From Oscillospiraceae bacterium (GTDB lineage: Bacteria; Bacillota; Clostridia; Oscillospirales; Oscillospiraceae): a stretch of DNA of 64,000 nt. The notes beneath the pieces were generated by a model. The model searched no databases and was not told where the DNA came from. It saw nothing but the letters and a program-made list of their open reading frames with translations. A program made the position numbers and the translations under genes. The stretch lies in the NCBI GenBank assembly GCA_016292255.1, contig JAEEZZ010000139.1:171-64170 (forward strand), written 5' to 3'. Below, in pieces: positions 61,035 through 64,000 of the stretch. The stretch's first letter is position 1. Each line of letters begins with the position of its first letter.

Positions 61035-64000
61035 ATGTCAGAAAAAATGTACCCCATTCCCTTTGACCGGCTCATGAACTGGGCCCTGGAGGAATATAAA
61101 CGGGAGGGAACTGTTTTCGGCGTCCGTCGCCATTACAGGGCCGACCCGGACAAGACGCTTCCCATCTTCGGCGAACGCATCGAGACCCCCTTCGGCCCCG
61201 CTGCCGGGCCGAACAGCCAGCTTGCCCAGAACCTCATCGCGGCCTACGTTGCCGGGGCGAGGTTCTTTGAGCTGAAGACTGTCCAGAAAATGGACGGCGA
61301 GGAGCTGGCCCGCTGCGTGCCCCGGCCCTGTATCCTGGCCGAGGACGAGGGCTACAATCAGGAATGGTCCACGGAGCTCACCGTGGAGCAGGCCCGGGAC
61401 GAGTATATCAAGGCCTGGTGCGCCCTCAAGGTCCTCTCGGGCCTCTGGGGCCTGGGGGATCCCAACGGCTTCGTTTTCAATATGTCCGTGGGCTACGACC
61501 TGGAGGGGATCCGGGGACCCAAGGTGGACGGCTTCATCGAGGCCATGAAGGATGCCTCTCATACGGCCCAGTTTGCGGAGTGCAGGCGGGTGCTGAAGGC
61601 CCTGCTTCCGGGGCATGAGAGCTGGATCGACGGCATTTCGCCCCGCGTTTCCCGCTCCGTCACCCTCTCCACCCTCCACGGCTGCCCGCCGGAGGAGATC
61701 GAGCGGATCGCAAGCTATCTGATCAACGAAAAGGGCCTGCACACCTTTGTCAAGTGCAACCCCACCATCTTAGGCTACCGCACCGCCCGGGATACCCTGG
61801 ATCAAATGGGCTACGACTACGTGGTCTTCGACGAGCACCACTTCAACGAGGACCTCCAATGGGCCGACGCAGTGCCCATGTTCGAGCGCCTGCGAAAGCT
61901 GGCAGGGGAGAAGGGCCTGGAATTCGGCCTCAAGCTCTCCAACACCTTCCCCGTGGACACCACCCGGGGGGAGCTGCCCAACGACGAGATGTATATGTCC
62001 GGCCGGGCCCTCTTCCCGCTGACCATCGAGATGTGCAGCCGCTTTTCCCGGCAGTTCGGCGGCAGCCTGCGGCTCTCCTACGCCGGGGGCGCGGACTGGT
62101 TCAACTGCGACAAGCTCTTCTCCGCCGGGATCTGGCCCATCACCGTGGCCACCACGATCCTCAAGCCCGGCGGCTACAACCGGCTGGCCCAGCTCTGCGA
62201 GAAGACGGAGGCCCTGCCCTTCGCCCCCTTCACCGGCACGGATACGGCGGCCATTGCGGCCCTCAGTGGGGCCTGCCGCTTCGATCCGCGCCACGTCAAG
62301 CCCGTCAAGCCTCTGCCCAGCCGGAAGTCCGAGGAGCCGGTGCCCTGGTTCAACTGCTTCTCCGCCCCCTGCGAGGGCGGCTGCCCCATCCGCCAGGATA
62401 TCCCCGAATACCTGGTCCTGTGTGAGCAGGGGCGCTATGAGGAGGCCCTGCGGCTGATCGTGGAGAAGAACCCCCTGCCCTTCATCACGGGCACGATCTG
62501 CGCCCACCGCTGCATGACCAAGTGCTCCCGCGGCTTCTACGAGGATCCGGTGCATATCCGGGCCGTGAAGCTGCTGGCCGCGGAGCGGGGCTGCGACGCC
62601 CTGCTGCGCTCCATTCGGCGCCCTGCCCCCGTCCCCGGGAAGCGGGTCGCCATCGTGGGTGGCGGCCCCACGGGCATGGCCGCGGCCTTCTTCCTGAGCC
62701 GGGCCGGGATCGCCTGCACCGTCTTTGAGCGGGAGGCCAAGCTGGGCGGCATCGTCCGCCAGGTCATACCCGGCTTCCGCATCCCGGAGGAGACCATCGA
62801 CAACGACGCGATCCTGATCGCCGCCTACGGCGCGGAGATCCGCACCAACACCGAGGCCCCCACCGTCGAGGCGTTGAAGGCGCAGGGCTACACCCACGTC
62901 TTCTACGCCGTGGGCGCCTGGAAGCCCGGCCGCCTGGAGCTGCCCGGAGCCGTCAAGCCGGTCATCCCCTGGATGAAGGCCCGGAAATCCGGCGCGGATC
63001 AGACAGTCCTGGGGAACGTGGCCGTGATCGGCGGCGGCAACACCGCCATGGACGCGGCGCGGCTTGCCGTCCGGGAGGGCGCAAGCTCCGTCACCCTGGT
63101 CTACCGCCGCACCAAGCGCTATATGCCTGCCGACGCCCGGGAGCTGGAGCTGGCCATGGCGGACGGCGTCTGCTTCCTGGAGCTGGCCGCCCCGGTGAAG
63201 CAAGAGGGCGGAACGCTGATCTGTGAGAGGATGCAGCTGGGCAGGCCGGACGCCTCCGGCCGCCGCAGCCCCGTTCCCACCGGAGAACTGCTGGAGATCC
63301 CCTGCGACCTGGTGATCTCCGCCGTGGGCGAGCAGGTGGATCCCGCCCCCTTTACCGCCTCCGGCATTGCGCTGGACGCCAAGGGCCGCCCCGCCTTCCG
63401 CACCAATCTGGAGAACGTCTACGCCGGCGGCGACGCCCTGCGGGGCCCTGCCACCGTGGTGGAGGGCATTGCCGATGCGGCCCGCTTTGCCGAGGCTGTG
63501 ATCGGGGAGTCCCACAGCTTCCGGCTGCCGGAAGCCGCCCGGATCACCTTGGGAGAGGCCGCAGCCCGGAAGGGCGTGCTGGCCCCGGCCGGAGGGGCTG
63601 AGCGGGAGGGCAGGCGCTGCCTGCACTGCAATACCCTCTGCGAAAACTGCGTGGACGTCTGCCCCAACCGGGCCAACGTACCCGTCACCCTGCCCGACGG
63701 CTCCGTCCAGATCCTGCACCTGGACGCCCTGTGCAACGAGTGCGGCAACTGCACCGCCTTCTGCCCCTATGCCTCTCAGCCCTGCAGGGACAAGCTGACC
63801 CTGTTCCATACGGCGGAGGCCTTCGCGGATTCCGCCAACTGCGGCTTCTGCTTCCTGCCGGAGGGCCGGGTCCGGGTCCGGCTGCAGGACGGCGTCCGGG
63901 ATCTGGACGCCTCGGGCCTGGCATCCCTGCCCGAGATGCTGGGGGAGATGATCGAAACTGTCCGCGACCGCTACCCCTGGCTCCGGACGGACACAACACT
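61035..64000 (+). CDS. ygfK: YgfK-type putative selenate-reductase / oxidoreductase subunit (DPD-like TIM barrel, Fe-S, GltD-like FAD/NAD domain, ferredoxin). 3-prime end is beyond the window.
   Basis: This ORF is not in the supplied track because it runs off the window end. I translated it by hand. The ATG at 61035 follows AGGAGG: MSEKMYPIPFDRLMNWALEEYKREGTVFGV...FGPAAGPNSQLAQN.... The same frame checks out at 61752 (KCNPTILGY...), 62340 (VPWFNCFSAPCEGGCPIRQDIPEY...VAIVGGGPTGMAAAFFL) and 63621 (LHCNTLCENCVDVCPNRA...CNECGNCTAFCP). Confidence 0.8.
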   Translation, partial: MSEKMYPIPFDRLMNWALEEYKREGTVFGVRRHYRADPDKTLPIFGERIETPFGPAAGPNSQLAQNLIAAYVAGARFFELKTVQKMDGEELARCVPRPCILAEDEGYNQEWSTELTVEQARDEYIKAWCALKVLSGLWGLGDPNGFVFNMSVGYDLEGIRGPKVDGFIEAMKDASHTAQFAECRRVLKALLPGHESWIDGISPRVSRSVTLSTLHGCPPEEIERIASYLINEKGLHTFVKCNPTILGYRTARDTLDQMGYDYVVFDEHHFNEDLQWADAVPMFERLRKLAGEKGLEFGLKLSNTFPVDTTRGELPNDEMYMSGRALFPLTIEMCSRFSRQFGGSLRLSYAGGADWFNCDKLFSAGIWPITVATTILKPGGYNRLAQLCEKTEALPFAPFTGTDTAAIAALSGACRFDPRHVKPVKPLPSRKSEEPVPWFNCFSAPCEGGCPIRQDIPEYLVLCEQGRYEEALRLIVEKNPLPFITGTICAHRCMTKCSRGFYEDPVHIRAVKLLAAERGCDALLRSIRRPAPVPGKRVAIVGGGPTGMAAAFFLSRAGIACTVFEREAKLGGIVRQVIPGFRIPEETIDNDAILIAAYGAEIRTNTEAPTVEALKAQGYTHVFYAVGAWKPGRLELPGAVKPVIPWMKARKSGADQTVLGNVAVIGGGNTAMDAARLAVREGASSVTLVYRRTKRYMPADARELELAMADGVCFLELAAPVKQEGGTLICERMQLGRPDASGRRSPVPTGELLEIPCDLVISAVGEQVDPAPFTASGIALDAKGRPAFRTNLENVYAGGDALRGPATVVEGIADAARFAEAVIGESHSFRLPEAARITLGEAAARKGVLAPAGGAEREGRRCLHCNTLCENCVDVCPNRANVPVTLPDGSVQILHLDALCNECGNCTAFCPYASQPCRDKLTLFHTAEAFADSANCGFCFLPEGRVRVRLQDGVRDLDASGLASLPEMLGEMIETVRDRYPWLRTDTT

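Noticed and set aside
61038-63809. Minus-strand ORFs of 234 aa and 679 aa
   Set aside because: They are shadows of the plus-strand ygfK frame. I translated that frame manually and it carries Fe-S, GltD-like and ferredoxin motifs.

Overview
This is a GC-rich Clostridia-type chromosomal segment. It carries SLH-domain wall proteins, a SpoIIE/STAS partner-switch module and LL-diaminopimelate pathway genes. My best guess is an Oscillospiraceae/Ruminococcaceae-like gut anaerobe, which I cannot verify here. I found no rRNA, tRNA or CRISPR array.

Layout, left to right:
- 1-5.7 kb: one end of an integrative mobilizable element with a large serine recombinase, TnpW-like protein, ParB-like protein, MobA/MobL relaxase, DUF3847 protein, a textbook MOBQ oriT core and an AT-rich repeat tail. 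It abuts, and may truncate, a MacB/FtsX-like permease gene.
- 5.6-12 kb: an odd operon mixing an SBP lipoprotein, two sugar-type ABC permeases, a HlyD adaptor and the truncated MacB-like protein, with no ATPase gene.
- 10-15.3 kb: a lower-GC accessory island with an SH3b-like secreted protein, a PadR unit, a TnpV relic and an orphan gene tail.
- 15.4-27.3 kb: a co-directional signalling/envelope cluster. It contains a VanX-type dipeptidase, a STAS protein, a Cache-HAMP-PP2C phosphatase, a STAS/APH-like kinase/RsbW-like triple fusion, an L,D-transpeptidase, a PHP protein, a PreA-like protein, a MATE transporter fused to an RsbW-like domain, and an EAL protein.
- 27.4-40.8 kb: core metabolism (malic enzyme, fumC, purB, purF, purC, purA, pyrG, dapL, dapF, glnA plus an ANTAR regulator).
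- 40.9-48.7 kb: two tandem giant secreted proteases. One has an HExxH metalloprotease head and the other a papain-like head. They share an uncharacterised repeat stalk and about 1.3 kb of near-identical DNA.
- 49-54 kb: an MBL hydrolase, a PhoR/PhoP-like two-component system, and a Na/Pi cotransporter with a Pho-box-like site.
- 54-59.2 kb: two divergent SLH-domain wall proteins. One has four copies of a novel module of about 265 aa.
- 59.3-64 kb: ssnA, then a MITE-like AT-rich palindromic insert, then ygfK. The ygfK ORF runs off the window end and is missing from the supplied ORF track.

Many long ORFs in the track are antisense or off-frame shadows typical of GC-rich DNA, and I rejected them.

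The most novel-looking candidates are the sigma-less partner-switch module with its fusion proteins, the twin protease pair with its unknown stalk module, the 4x-module SLH protein and the palindromic insert.
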